A stretch of DNA of 64,000 nt from the human T2T-CHM13v2.0 reference genome, Homo sapiens (GCF_009914755.1 NC_060938.1); one strand, 5' to 3'. Shown: positions 18,001-40,300, counted from the stretch's first letter. A program made the numbers and translations. Notes: a model not told the origin generated them from the sequence alone.

Positions 18001-21000
18001 GATGTTTGCATTCAACTCACAGAGTTGAACCTACCTTTTCATACAGCAGTTTTGAAACACTCTTTTCATAGAATCTGCAATCGGATATTTGGACTACTTT
18101 CAGGTCTTCGTGGGAGACGGGAATACCTTCACATAAAATCTAGACAGAAGCATTCTCAGAAACTTCTTTGTGATGTGAGCATTCAACTCATAGAGTTGAA
18201 CCTTTCTTTTGATAGAGCAGTTTTGAAACACTGTTTATGTAGGATCTGCAAGTGGATATTTGGAAAGCTTTGAGACCTATGGTGGAAAAGGAAATACCTT
18301 CAGATAAAAACCAGACAGAAGCATTCTCAGAAACTTCTTTGTGATGTTTGCATTCAACTCACAGAGTTGAATGTAACTTTTCATAGAGCAGTTTTGAAAC
18401 ACTCTTTTCGTAGAATCTGCAAGTGGATATTTGGACTGTGTTGAGGCCTTAGTTAGAAAGGCGAATATCTTCACATAAAATCTAGGCAGAAGTATCCTCA
18501 GAAACTTCTTTGTGATGTGTGCATTCAACTCACAGAGAGGAACCTTTCTTTTGATAGAGCAGTTTTGAAACACTCTTTCTGTAGAACCTGGAAGTGGACA
18601 TTTGGAGAGCTTTGAGGCCTAAGGTGGACAGGGATATATCTTCACATAAAAACCAGACAGAAGCATTCTCAGAAACTTCTTCGTGATATTTGCATTCAAC
18701 TCACAGTGTTGAACATACCCATTCAGAGAGGGGTTCTGAAACACTATTTTCGTAGTATCTGCAGCGGATATTTGGACGGTTTGAGGCCTTCATTGGAAAC
18801 GGGAATATCTTCACATATAAGCTAGACAGAAGGATTATCAGAAACTTCTTTGTGATAAGTACATTCAACTGACAGAGTTGAACCTTTCTTTTGATAGAGC
18901 AGTTTCAAACACTCCTTTTGTAGAATCTGCAAGTGTACAATTGGTGAGCTTTGAGGCCTATGTTGGAAAAGGAAATATCTTCACATAAAAACCAGACAGA
19001 AGCATTCTCACAAATTTCTTTGTGATGTTTGCATTCAACTCACAGAGTTTAACATACCTTTTCTAATAACAGTTTTTAAACACTCTTTTCATAGAATTGG
19101 CCAGTGGATATTTGGACTGCTTTGAGGCCTTCGTTGGAAACGGGAATATCTTAACATAAAAACTAGACAGAAGCATTCACAGAAACTTCTTTGTGATGAG
19201 TGCATTAAACTCACCGAGTTGAACCTTTCTTTTAATAGAGCAGTTTTGAAACACTCTTTTTGTAGAATCTGGAAGTGGACATTTGGAGAGCTTTGTGGCC
19301 TATGTTGGAAAAGGAAATATCTTCACATAAAAACCAGACAGAAGCATTCTCAGAAACTTCTTTACGATGTTTGCATTCAACTCACAGAGTTGAACCTACC
19401 TTTTCATAGAGCAGTTTTGAAACAGTCTTTTTGTAGAATCTGCCATTTGATATTTGGACTACTTTGAGGCCTTCGTTGGAAACGGGAATATCTTCACACA
19501 AAATCTAGACAGAAGCATTCTCAGAAACTTCTTTGTGTTGTGTACATTCAACTCACGGAGTTTAACATTTCTTTTGAGACAGCAGTTTTAAAACTCTCTT
19601 TGATACAATCTGCAATTGAACATTTGTAGATCATTGTGGCATCCGGTGGAAAAGGAGATATCTTGACATGTAAACTAGACAGAAGCATTCTCAGAAACTT
19701 CTTTGAGTTGTGTGCATTCAACTCACGGAGTTTAATATTTCTTTTGAGAGAGCAGTTTTGAAACACTGTTTGGTACAATCTGCAATTGAACATTTGTAGA
19801 TCATTGTGGCCTATGGTGGAAAAGGAGATATCTTGACATATAAATGAGACAGAAGCACTCTCAGACACTTCTTTGTGATGTGCGCATTCAACTTACAGAG
19901 TTGAACCTTTCTTTTGATAGGGCAGTTTTGAAACACTTTTTTATAGAATCCAGAAGTGGACATACAGAGAGCTTTGAGGCCTAATTTGGAAAAGGAAATA
20001 TCTTCACATAAAAACCAGACAGAAGCATTCTCACAAATTTCTTTGCGATGTTTGCATTCAATCACAGAGTTGAACATACATTTTCTAAGAGCAGTTTTGA
20101 AATACTTTTTTCGTAAAATCTGTCAGTGGATATTTGGATTGCTTTGAGGCCTTTGTTGGAAACGGGAATTTCTTCACATAAAATCAAGACAGAAGCATTC
20201 TCAAAAACCTTTTGACCTGTGGGCATTCAGCTCACGGAGTTTAACATTCCTTTTGATACGGCAGTTTTGAAACAATCTTTTTGTAAACTCTGCAAGTGGA
20301 CATTTGTAGACCATTGTGGCCTACGGTGGAAAGGAGATATCTTCACATATAAACTAGACAGAAACATTCTCAGAAACTTCTTTGTGATGTGTGCATTCAA
20401 CTCACAGAGTTGAACCTTTCTTTTAATAGAGCAGTTTTGAAACACTCTTTTTGTAGAATCTGCAAGTGTACATTTGGTGAGATTGAGGCCTATGGTGGAA
20501 AAGAAAATATCTTCACATAAAAACCAGACAGAAGCATTCTCACAAATTTCTTTGTGATGTTTCCATTCAACTCACAAAGTTGAACATATCTTTTCATACA
20601 GCAGGTTTGAAACACACTTTTCGTAGAAGTTGCAAGTGGATATTTGGAATGCTTGGAGGAATTCGTTGGAAACGGGAATATCTTCACATAAAATTTAGAC
20701 AGAAGCAATCTCAGAAACTTCCTTGTGATGAGTACATTCGACTGACAGAGTTGAACCTTTCTCTTGATAGAGCAGTTTTGAAACACTCTTTTTGTAGAAT
20801 CTACAAGTGTACATTTTGTGAGTTTGAGGCATATGGTGGAAAAGGAAATAATGTTCACATAAAAACCAGACAGAAGCATTCTCAGGAACTTCTTTGTGAT
20901 ATTTGCATTCAATTCACAGAGTTGAACATACCTTTTAATGGAGCAGTTTTGCAAAATTCTTTTCATAGGTTCTGCAATTGGATATTTGGACTGCTTTTAG

Positions 21001-21734
21001 GCCTTCCTTGGAAACGGGAATATCTTCACATAAAAAGTAGACAGAAGCATTCTCAGAAACTTCTTTGTGATGTGTCCATTCAACTCACAGAGCTGAACAT
21101 TTCTTTTGATAGAGCAGTTTGAAACACTCTCTTTGTAGAATCTGCAAGTCGACATTTCGAGACCTTTGAGGCCTACGGTGGAACAGTAAATATCTTCAAA
21201 TAAAAACCAGACAGAAGCATTCTCAGAAATTTCTTTGTTATGTTTGCATTCAACTCACAGAGTTAAACATACCTTTTCATAAAGCAGTTTTGAAACACTC
21301 TTTTCGTAGTATCTGCATATGGATATTTTTACTGCTTTGAGGCCTTCATTGGAAATGGGAATATCTTCATATAAAAACTAGACAGAAGCATTCTCAGAAA
21401 CGTCTTTGTGATGTGTGCATTCCACTCACAGAGCTGAACCTTTCTTTTGATAGAGCTGTTTTGAAACACTCTTTCGTGGAATCTGCAACTGGACATTTGG
21501 AGAGCTTTGAGGCCTATGGTGGAAATGAAATATCTTCGCATAAAAACTAGACAAAAGCATTCTCAGAAACTTCTTTCTGATGTTTTCATTCAACTCATGG
21601 AGTTGGACATACCTTTTTATAGCCCAGTTTTGAAACACATTTTTGGTAGAATCTGCAAGTTGATATTTGGACTGCTTTGAGGCCTTCATTGGAAATGGGA
21701 ATAACTTCACCATAAATACTTGTCAGAAGCACCT
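9004..21734 (+). repeat. Alpha satellite, divergent A/B alternating monomers (SF5 / R1-R2-like)
   Basis: Continues in register after the L1, with the same A/B alternation and CENP-B boxes and TTTTGATAGAGCAG / CATTCTCAGAAAC signatures. Confidence 0.95.
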
Positions 21735-25198
<3,464 letters not shown>

Positions 25199-28100
25199 AA
25201 ACTGCTTTTTGATGTGTGCATACAATTCACAATGTTGAACCTTTCTTTTGATTGAGCAGTTTTGAAACAGTCTTTTTGTAGAATCTGCAAGTGGGTATTT
25301 GGAGCGCTTTGAGGCCTATGGTGGAAAAGGAAATATCTTCACATAAAAACTAGACAGAAGAATTCTGAGAAACTTCTTTGTGATGTTTGCATTCATCTCA
25401 CACAGTTGAACGTTTCTTCGATTGAGCAGGTTTTGAAACAATCCTTTTGTAGAATCTGCAATTGGATATTTGGAGCACTATGTGGCCTAAGGTGGAAAAG
25501 GAAATATCTTCACATAAAAAACTAGACAGAAGCATTCTGAGAAACCTCTTTAGAAAGCGTGCATTCAACTCACAGACTTGAACCTTTCATTTGATTGAGC
25601 ATTTTTCATACACTCTTTTTCTAGAATCTGAAAGTGGCTATTTGCAGCACTTTGTGGCCTATAGTGGAAAAGGAAATATCTTCACATTAAAACTAGACAG
25701 AAGCATTCTGAGAGACTGCCTTCTGATATGAGCATTCAACTTACAGAGTTGAACCTTTCCTTTTATTGAGCAGTTTGGAAACAGCCTTTTTGTAGTATCT
25801 GCAAATGGATATTTGGATCACTTTGAGGCCTATAGTGTAAAAGGAAATACCTTCACATAAAAAGTAGACAGAAGCATTCCGAGAAACTTCTTTGTGATGT
25901 GTGCATTCATCTCACAGATTTGAACCTTTTTTTTTTATTGAGCAGTTTAGAAACACTCTTTTTGTAGAAACTGCCAGTGGACATTTGGAGAGCTTAGTGG
26001 TCTAGAGTGGAAAAGGAAATATCTTCACATAAAAAATAGACAGAAGCATTCTGAGAAACTTCTTTGTGATGTGGGCATTCACCTAACGGAGTTGAAACTT
26101 TCTTTTGATTCAGCTGTTTTGAAACACTCTTTTTCTGGAATCTGCCCGTGGATATTTGGAATATATTGAGGCCTATAATGGAAAAGGAAATATCTTCACT
26201 TAAAAACTAGACACAAGCATTCTGAGAAACTTCTTTGTGATGTGCACATTCATCTAATAGAGTTCAACCTTTCTTTTGATTGAGCAGTTTTGAAACTCTT
26301 TTTGTAGAATTGGCAAGTGGATATATACAGTGCTTTGAGTCCTATGGTGGAAAAGGAAATAACTTCACATAAAAGCTAGACAGAACAATTCTGAGAAACT
26401 TCTTCGTGATGTGTGCATTCATCTCACAGAGTTCAAAATTTCTTTTGACTGAGCAGTTTTGAAACACTCTTTTTGTAGAATCTGCATGTGGATATTTGGA
26501 GCGCTTTGTGGCCTATGGTGGAAAAGGAAATATCTTCACATAAAAACTACGCAGAAACTTGTGAGAAACTTCTTTGTGATGTGTGCATTCAACTCACAGA
26601 GTTGAAACTTTCTTTTGGTTGAGGAGTTTTGAAACACTCTTTTTGTAGTATCTACAAATGGATACTTGGAGCAGTTTGAGGCGTATAGAGGAAAAGGAAA
26701 AATCTTCACAAAAATACTAGACAGAAGTAATTTGAGAAACTTCTTTCTGATGTGTGCATTCACCTCACAGAGTTGAAACTTTCTTTTGATTGAGCAGTTA
26801 TGAATCCCTCTTTTTGTAGAATCTGCAAGTGGATATTTGGAGTGCTTTGTGGCCTCCAGTGGAAAAGGAAATATCTTCTCCTAAAAAATAGACAGAAGCA
26901 TTCTGAGAAACTTCTTTGTGATGTGTGTATTCATCTCACAGAGTTGAATATTTATTTTGATTGAGCAGTTTTGAAAAACTCTTTTTGTATAATCTGCTAG
27001 TGGATATTTGGAGCACTTTGAGGCCTATGGTGGAAAAGGAAATATCTTCACATAAAAACAACACAGAAGCTCTCTGAGAAACTTCTTTGTGATGTTTGCA
27101 TTCATCTCACAGTGTTGAACATTTCTTTTGATTGAGCAGTTTAGAAACACTCTCTTTGTAGAATCTGCAAGAGGATATTTGGAGCGCTTTGTGGCCAATG
27201 GTGTAAAAGGAAATATCTTCACATAAAAACTAGACAGAAGGAAACTGAGAAACATCTTTGTGATATGTGCATTCATCTTAAAGAGTTGAATTTTTCTTTT
27301 TATTGAGCAGTTTTGAAACACTCCTTCTGTAGAATCTGCAAGTGGACATTTGGAGCGCTGTGTGGCCTGTGGTTTAAAAGGAAATATCTTCACATAAAAA
27401 CAAGACAGAAGCATTCTGAGAAACTTCTTTGTCATGTGTGCATTCATCTCACAGAGTTGAAACTTTCTTTTGATTGAGCAGTTTTGAAACACTGTTTTTG
27501 TAGTATCTGCAAATGGATATTTGGAGCGGATTGAGGCCTATGGTGGAAAAGGACATATCTTCACATAAATACTATACAGAAGCATTCTGAGAAACTTATT
27601 TGTGATGTGTGCATTCAACTCACAGAGTTGAAACTTTCTTTTGATTGAGCAGTTTTGAAACACTCTTCTTGTAGAATCTGCAATTGGATATTTGGAACGC
27701 ATTGAGGCCTATGGTGGAAAAGGAAATATCTTCACATAAAAAATTGACAGAAGCATTCTGAGAAACGTTTTTCTGTTGTGTGCATTCATCTCACAGAGTT
27801 GAACCCTTCTTTTCATTGAGCGGTTTTGAAACAGTCCTTTTGTAGAATCTGCAAGTGGATGTTTGGAGCACTTTGGGGCCTACGGTGGAAAAGGAAATAT
27901 CTTCACAAAAAAACTAACCAGGAGCATTCTGAGAAATTTCTTTATGTTGTTAGCATTCATTTCACAGAGTTGAAACTTTCTTTTAATTGAGCAGTGTTGA
28001 AACACACTTTTAGTGCAATCTGCAAGTGGATATTTGGAGCACTTTGAGGCCTATGGTGGAAAAAGAAATATCTTCATATAAAAACTAGACAGAAGCATTC

Positions 28101-30371
28101 TGAGAACCTTGTTTGTGATGGATGAATTCAACTCACAACGTTTAACCTTTCTTTGATTGAGAAGTTTTTAAACACCCTTTTTGTAGAATCTGCAAGTGGA
28201 TATTTTACATCATTTGCGACCTTTATTAGAAAAGGAAATATCTTCACATAAATACTAGACAGAAGCATTCTGAAAAACTTCTTGGTGATGTGTGCATTCA
28301 TCTCACAGAGTTAAAACTTTCTTTTAATTAAGCAGTTTTGAAACACACTTTTTGTAGTATCTGCAACTGGATATTTGGAGTGCTTTGAGGCCTATGGTGG
28401 AAAATTAAATGTCATCACATAAAAAGTAAACAGAAGCATTCCGAGAAACTTCTTTGTGATGTGTGCATTCATCTCACAGTGTTGAAACTTTCTTTTGATT
28501 GAGCAGTTTTGAAACACTCTTTTTGTAGGATCTGCAAGTGGATATTTGGAGCGATTGGTGGCCTATGATGGAAACAGAAATATCTTCACATAAAAACTAG
28601 ACAGAAGCATTCTGGGAAACTTCTTTTTGATGTGTGCGTTCATCTCACAGAGTTGAACCATTCTTTAGATTGAGCAGTTTTCAATCAGTCCTTTTGTAGA
28701 ATCTGCAAAGGAATATTTCTGAGCCCTTTGTGGCCTCTAGAGAAACTAAAAGTAATTTCACATAAAAACTAGACAGAAACTTTCTGAGAAACTTCTTTGT
28801 GATGTGTGCCTTCTTCTTACAGAGCTGAAACTTCCTTTTGATTGAGCAGTTTGGATACAGTCTTTTTGTAGAATCTGCAAATGGATATTTGGAGTGCTTT
28901 GCAGCCGCTGGTGGAAAAGGGAATATCTTCACATAAAAACTAGAGAGAAGCATTCTGAGAAACTTCTTTGAGATGTGTGCATTCAGCTCACAGAGTTGGA
29001 CCTATCTTTTTATGGAGCACTTTGGAAACTTTCTTTTTGTAGCATCTACAAATGTATATTTGGAGCACTTAGAGGCCTATATTTGAAAAGGAAATATCTT
29101 CACATAAAATCTTGACAGAAGCATTCTGAGAAACTTCGTGATGTTTGCATTCATCTGGGAGAGTTGAACTACTCTTTTTATTGAGCAGTTTGGAAACAGT
29201 CTTTTTGTAGTATCTGCATGTGGATATTTGGAGCACTTTGTGGCCTATGGTGGAAAAGGAAATATCTTCACATAAAAACTAGATGGAAGCATTCTGAGAA
29301 ACTTCTTTGTGATGTGTGCATTCATCTCACAGTGTTGAAATTTCTTTTCATTAAACAGTTTTGAAACACTCTTTTTGTAAAATCTTCAAGTGGATATTTG
29401 CAGAGCTTTGAGGCCTAAAGTGGAAAAGGTAATATCTTCACATAAAACCTAGACAGAAGCATTCTGAGAAACTTCTTTGTGATTTGTGCATTCAACTCAC
29501 AGAGTTAAACCTTTCTTTGGATTGAGCAGTTTTGAAACACACTTTTTGTAGAATCTGCAATGGATATTTGAGCTCTTTGAGGCCTAAGGTGGAAAAGGAA
29601 CTATCTTCACTTAAAAACTAGACAGAAGCATTCTGAGAAAATTCTTTGTGATATGTGCATTCAACTCACAGAGTTGAATGTTTCCATTGATTCAGCAGTT
29701 TGGAAAAAGGCTTTTTGTAGAATCTGCAATTGGATTCTTGGAGCGCATTGAGGCCTATGGTGGAAAAGGAAATAACTTCACATAAAAACTACAGAGAAGC
29801 ATTCTGACAAACTTCTTTGTGATGTATGTATTCAACTCTCAGAGTTGAAAGTTTCTTTTGATTGAGCAGTTTGGAAACAGTGTTTTTCTAGTATCTGCAA
29901 ATGTATATTTGGAGTGCTTTGAGGCTCATGGTGGAAAAGGAAATATCTTCACATAAAAACTAGACAAGAGCACTCTGAGAAACTTCTTTGTGATATGTGC
30001 ATTGAACTCACATAGCTAAACCTTTCTTTTCATTGAGCAGTTTTGATACCCTCTTTTTACAGAATCTTCAAGTGGATATTTGGAGCACTTTGTGGCCTCT
30101 ACTGGAAACGGAAATATCTTCACATAAAAACTGGACAGAAGCATTCTGAGAACCTTCTTTTTGATGGATGCATTCATCTCACTGAGTTGAACGTTTCTTT
30201 TGACTCAGCAATTTTGAAAAACTCTTTTTGTAGAATCTGCAACTGGATATTTTAGCACTTTGAGGCCTATGTTCAAAAGGAAATATCTTCACATAAAAAC
30301 TACACAGAACCATTCTGAGAACCTTCATTGTGATATGTGCATTCCTATCACAGAATTGAACTTTTCTTTTG
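25199..30371 (+). repeat. Monomeric A-type alpha satellite (SF4 / M1-like), no CENP-B boxes
   Basis: All monomers carry GGCCTATGGTGGAAAAGGAAA-type boxes. Signatures switch to TTTTGATTGAGCAG, CATTCTGAGAAAC and GGATATTTGGAGCGCTTTG. Confidence 0.92.
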
Positions 30372-33913
<3,542 letters not shown>

Positions 33914-35508
33914 CATCATCCAAGACCAAAAGTTGATAAAACCACAAAGATGAGGAAAAGACAGAACAGAAAAACTGGAAACTCTAAAAAGCAGAGCGCC
34001 TCTCCTCCTCCAAAGGAACGCAGTTCCTCACCAGCAATGGAACAAAGCTGGATGGAGAATGACTTTGACGAGCTGAGAGAAGAAAGCTTCAGATGATCAA
34101 ATTACTCTGAGCTACGGGAGGACATTCAAACCAAAGTCAAAGAAGTTGAAAACTTTGAAAAAAATTTAGAAGAATGTATAACTAGAATAACCAATACAGA
34201 GAAGTGCTTAAAGGAGCTGATGGAGCTGAAAACCAAGGCTCGAGAACTACATGAAGAATGCAGAAGCCTCTGGAGCTGATGCAATCAACTGGAAGAAAGG
34301 GTATCAGCCATGGAAGATGAAATAAATGAAATGAAGTGGGAAGGGAAGTTTAAAGAAAAAAAATAAAAAGAAATGAGCAAAGCCTCCAAGAAATATGGGA
34401 CTATGTGAAAACAACAAATTTATGTCTGATTGGTGTACCTGAAAGTGATGGGGAGAATGGAACCAAGTTGGAAAACACTCTGCAGGACATTATCCAGGAG
34501 AACTTCCCCAATCTAGCAAGGCAGTCCAACGTTCAGGTTCAGGAAATACAGAGAACGCCACAAAGATACTCCTCAAGAAGAGCAACTCCAAGACACATAA
34601 TTGTCAGATTCACCAAATTTGAAATCAAGGAAAAAATGTTAAGGGCAGCCAGAGAGAAATGTCGGGTTACCCACAAAGGGAAGCCCATCAGACTAACAGC
34701 GGCTCTCTCAGCAGAAACCCTACAAGCCAGAAGAGAGTGGGGGCCAATATTCAACATTCTTAAAGAAAAGAATTTTCAACCCAGAATTTCATATCCAGCC
34801 AAACTAAGCTTCATAAGTGAAGGAGAAATAAAATACTTTACAGACAAGCAAATGCTGAGAGATTTTGTCACCACCAGGCCTGCCCTAAAAGAGCTCCTGA
34901 AGGAAGCACTAAACATGGAAACAAACAACCGGTACCAGCCACTGCAAAATCAGGCCAAAATGTAAAGACCATCAAGACTAGGAAGAAACTGCATCAACTA
35001 ACGAGCAAAATAACCAGCTAGCATCATAATGACAGGATTAAATTCACACATAACAATATTAACTTTAAATGTAAATGGACTAAATGCTCCAATTAAAAGA
35101 CACAGACTGGCAAATTGGATAATGAGTCAAGACCCATCAGTGTGCTGTATTCAGGAAACCCATCTCACATGCAGAGACACACATAGGCTCAAAATGAAAG
35201 AATGGAGGAAGATCTACCAAGCAAATGGAAAACAAAAAAGACAGGAGTTGCAATCCTAGTCTGTGATAAAACAGACTTTAAACAAACAAAGATCAAAAGG
35301 GACAAAGAAGGCCATTACATAATGGTAAAGGGATCAATTCAACAAGAAGAGCTAACAATCTTAAATATATATGCACCCAATAGAGGAGCACCAAGATTCA
35401 GAAAGCAAGTCCTGAGTGACCTACAAAGAGACTTAGACTCCCACACATTAATAATGGGAGACTTTAACACCCCACTGTCAACATTAGACAGATCAATGAG
35501 ACAGAAAG
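33914..35508 (+). mobile_element. Inverted 5' segment of the same L1 (end of 5'UTR, ORF1, start of ORF2)
   Basis: CATCATCCAAGACCAAAAG.., ORF1 ATG at 33950 to TAA at 34965 (with stops), ORF2 ATG at 35029. Ends ...GAGACAGAAAG about 18 nt before the L1 position where the minus segment begins. The whole element is flanked by TGAACTTTTCTTTTG at 30357-30371 and 35509-35523. Confidence 0.93.
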
Positions 35509-37320
35509 TGAACTTTTCTTTTGATTGAGAAGTTTTGAAACACTCTTTTTGTAGAATCTGCAAGTGGATATTTGGAATGATTTGAGGCCTACGGTGGAAA
35601 AGGAAATACCTTAACATAAAAATTAGACAGAAGCTTTCTGAGAAACTTCTTTGTGATGTTTGCATTCATCTCACAGAGTTGAACCTGTGTTTTGATTCAG
35701 CAGTTTTGAAACACTCTTTTTGTACAATCTGCCAGTGGATATTTGGAGCGATTGGTGGCCTACGATGGAAAAGGAAATATCTTCACATAAAAACTAGACA
35801 GAAGCATTCTGAGAAACTTCTTTGTTAAGTGTGCATTCAACTCAGAGTTGAACACCTGTTTTGTTTTAGCAGCTTGGGTATAATCTTATTGTAGTATCTG
35901 CAATTCGATATTTGGTGTGCTTTAAGGCCTATGGTGGAAAAGGAAATATCTTCACATAAAAATTAGACAGAAGCGTTCTGAGAAACCTCTTTGTGATGTG
36001 TGCATTACCTCAAAGAGTTGAACATTTCTTTTGATTGAGCAGTTTTGAAACACTCTTGTTGTAGTATCTGCAAGTGGATATTTTGGCACTTGGCAGTCTC
36101 TAGTGGAAAAGGAAATATCTTCACATGAAAACTAGACAGAAGCATTCTGAGAAACTTCTTTGTAATGTGTGCATTCACCTAAGAGAGTTGAGGCTTTCTT
36201 TTGATTGAGCAGTTTTGAAACACACTTTTTGTAGAATCTGCAAGTGGATATTTGGTGCACTTTGGGGCCTATGGTGGAAAAGGGAATATCTTCACATAAA
36301 AACTAGGCAGAAACAATCTGAGAAACTCCTTTGTGCTGTGTGCATTCAACTCACAGAGTTGAACCTTTCTTTTGTTTGAGCAGTTTTGAAACACTCTTTT
36401 TGTAGAATCTGAAATTGGATATTTGGAGCTCTTTGTGGACTCTAGTGGAAAAGGAAATATCTTCACATAAAAACTCGACAGAAGCATTCTGAGAAACTGT
36501 TTTTTGATGTGTGCGTTCATCTCACAGTGTTGAGCCTTTCTTTTGATTAAGCATTTTTGAAATACTCTTTTTGTAGAATCTGCAAGTGGATATTTGTGTC
36601 GCTTTTAGCCCAATGTTGGAAAAGGAAATATCTCCACATACAAACTGGACAGAAGCATTCTGAGAAACTTCTTTGTGATGTGTGCATTGAACTCACAGAC
36701 TTGAACGTTTCTTTTGATTAAGCAGTTTTGAAACAGTCTGTTTGTAGAATCTGCAATTGCATATATGGAGCGCTTTGGGGCCTAGAGTGGAAAAGGAAAT
36801 ATCTTCACATAAAAACTAGACAGAAGCAATCTGAGAAACTTCTTTGTGATGTGTGCATTCATCTCACTGAGTTCCAACTTTCTTTTGATTGACCAGTTTT
36901 GAAATACTCTTTTTGTAGAATCTGCAAGTGGATATTTGGGGCTATTTGAGGCCTATGTTGGAAAAGGAAATATCTTCATTTAAAAACTATACAGAAGCAT
37001 TCTGAGAAACTTCTTAGTGATGTGTGTATTCATCTGAGAGAGTTGAACCACACTTTTGATTGAGGAGTTTGGAAACAGTCTTTTTGTCGTATCTGCATGT
37101 GGATATTTGGAGCGCTTTGATGCCTATGGTGGAAAAGGAAATACCTTAACATAAAAATTAGACAGAAGCATTCTGAGAAACTTCTTTATGATGTTTGCAT
37201 TCATCTCACAGAGTTCAACCTTTCCTTTGATTGAGCAGTTCTGAAACACTCCTTTTGTAGAATCTGCAAGTAAATATTTGGAATGCTGTGAGGCCTATGG
37301 TGGAAAAGGAAGTATCTTCA
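35509..37320 (+). repeat. Monomeric A-type alpha satellite (same layer as 25.2-30.4 kb)
   Basis: Same signatures; resumes in register after the TSD. Confidence 0.92.
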
Positions 37321-40300
37321 CATAACAACTGTGAACCAGGTTTCCTAAAAACAGCCTTGTGATGTGTGCATTCATCTCACAGAGGTAAGCATTTCTTTTC
37401 TCTGATCAGTCTGGAAACTGTTCTTGTACAATCTGAAAAGGGGTATTTTTGATCACTTTGAGGCCTATGTTGACAAAGGAAATATCTTCAAATACAAATT
37501 ATAAGAAAAGTTTCTGAGATACTTCTTTGTGATATGTGCATTCATCTCACAGATTTGAACCTCTCTTTTGATTCAGCAGTTTGGAAACAGTATTTTTGCA
37601 GAATCTGCAAACGGATATTTGTGAGCATTTTGAGGCCTATGCAGAAAAAGTAGTATCTTCACAGAAAATGATAAAGAAGTTTTCTGAGACACTGTTTGTG
37701 ATGACTGCATTCATCTCACAGAGGTAAACGATTCTTTTCTTTGATCATTTGGGAAACTCTGTTGTTTTAGAATCTGCTAAGGGGTATTTGTGAGTGAATA
37801 GAGCCCTATGGTGAAAAAGGAATTGTCTTCACATAAAAACTAGACAGAAGCATACTGAGAAACTTCTTGGTGATGTGTGCATTTATCTCACAGAATTGAA
37901 ACTTTATTTTGATTGAGCAGTTTGGAAACGTCTTTTTGTGGTATCTGTAAAGGGATATTTCTGAGCACTTTGAGGCCTATGGTGAAAGAGAAAATATCTT
38001 CACATAAAACCTAGACTAAAGAATTCTGACAAACTTCTTTGTGATGTATGCATTCATCTCACAGAGTTCAACAATTCTGTTGATTGAGCAGTTGGGAAAC
38101 TGTCTTTTTGTAGAATCTGCAAAGGTATATTTTTGAGTGCTTTGAGGTCTGTGGTTAAAAGGAAATATCTCCACATGAAAACTATAAAGAAGGTTTGTGA
38201 GAAACTTCTTTGTGATGTGTGCATTCATCTCACAGAGTTGAACCATTCCTTTCACTCAGCAGTTTGGAAACAGTCTTTTTTTAGGATATGCAAAGGGATA
38301 TTTTTTAGCACTTTGAGGCCCATGGTGAAAAAGGAAACACATTCACATAAAAACGAGATAAAAGCTTTCTGAGAAACATCTTTTTGATATATGCATTCAT
38401 CCCACAGAGATGAACCTTTCTTTTGATGAGCAGTTTGGAAACAGTATTTTGTAGAATTTCCAAAGGGTTCTTAGTTAGCGCTTTGTGTCCTGTGTTGAAA
38501 AAGGAATTATCTTTACATAAATACTAGACAGAATATTTCTGAGAAACTGCTTTGCGATGTGTGCTTTCATCTCACAGAGGTAACCATTTCTCTTCATTGA
38601 GCAGATTGGAAATTCTGTTCTTGTAAAACCTGCAAAAGGATATTTGTCAGCGCTTTGAGGTGTATGGTGAAAAAGGAATTATCTTCATGTAAAAACTAGA
38701 CAGAAGCTTTCTGTGAAACATCTTGGAGATGAGAGAATTCATCTCACAGAGTTGAAACATTCTTTTGATTGAGGAGTTTGTAAACAGTATTTTGGTAGGT
38801 AGAATCTGCAAAGGGATATTTGTGATGCTTTGAAGCCTATGGTGGAAAAGGAAATATTTTCACATGAAAACTAGAGAGAAGCTTTCTGAGAAACCTCCTT
38901 GTGATGTGTGCATTCATCTCACAGATTTGAATCTCTTTTTGGATTGAGCAATTTGGTTATAGTATTTTTGTAGAATCTGTAAAGACATATTTTTGAGATC
39001 TATGAGACTTATGATGAAATAGGAAATATCTTCACATAAAAACTAGACAGAAGCTTTCTGAGAAACTTCTTTGTGATGTGTGCATTCATCTCATAGAGTT
39101 CAACCATTCTTTTGATTGAACAGTTTGGAAACAGTCTTTTTGTAGAATCTGCAAAGGGAGATTTATGAGTGCTTTGAGACCTATGGTGAAAAAGGAAATA
39201 TATTCACATAAAAATTATAAACAAGGTTTCTCAGAAACAGCTTTGTGATGTATGCATTCATCTCACAGAGGTAAACGTTTCTTTTCTCTGGTCAGTCTGG
39301 AAACTGTTCTTGTAGAGTCTGCAAAGGGATATTTGTGAGTGCTTTGAGGCCTATGGTGAAAAAGGAAATATCTTCACATAAAAATTAGAGAGAGGCTTTC
39401 TCAGAAACCTCTTTGTGATGTGGGCATTCAAGTCACAAAGATGAAACTTACTTTTGATTAAGCAGTATGGAAATGGTCTATTTGTGGAATCTGCAAGGGA
39501 TATTTGTCAGGACTTTGAGTGCTATGGTGAAAAAGGAAATATCTTCACATAAAAAATGGACAGAAGATTTCTGAGAAACCTCTTTGTAATGTGTGCATCC
39601 ATCTCACAGAGTTTAAACATTTATTTGATTGAGCAGGTGAGAAGCAGTCTGTTTGCAGAATCTGCAAAGGGATATTGCTGAGCACTTTGAGGCCTATGGT
39701 GAAAAAGGAAATACCTTCACATAAAAACTATAAAGAAGGATTCTGAGAAACTTCTTTGTGATGTATGCATTCATCTCATGGAGTTGAACTATTTTTTTTG
39801 ATTGAGCAGTTTGGAAACAATCTTTTTGTAGAATTTGCAAAGGGATATTTTTGAGCGCTTTGAGTCCTAGGGATATTTGTGAATGCTTGGAGGTCTATGA
39901 TGAAAAAGGAAATATCTTCACATAAAAACTAGAGAGAAGCTTTCTGAGAAACCTCTTTGTGGTGTGCATACATCTCACAGAGTTGAACCTTTCTTTTGAT
40001 TGAGCAATTTGGAAAAAGTATTTTTTTGGAATCTGTAAAGGGATATTTGTGAGCACTTTGAGGCCTATGGTGAAAAAGCAAGTATCTTCACATAAAAACT
40101 AGACAGAAGCATTCTGAGAAACTTCTTCATGATGTGTGCATTCATCACACAGAGTTGAACCTTTGTTTTGATTGAGCCATTTGGAAACAGTCTTTTTGTA
40201 GAATCTGCAAATGGATATTTGGAGGGCTTTGAGGCCTATGGTGTAAAAGGAAATATATTCACATAAAAACCAGACTGAAGGATTCTGAGAAACTTCTTTG

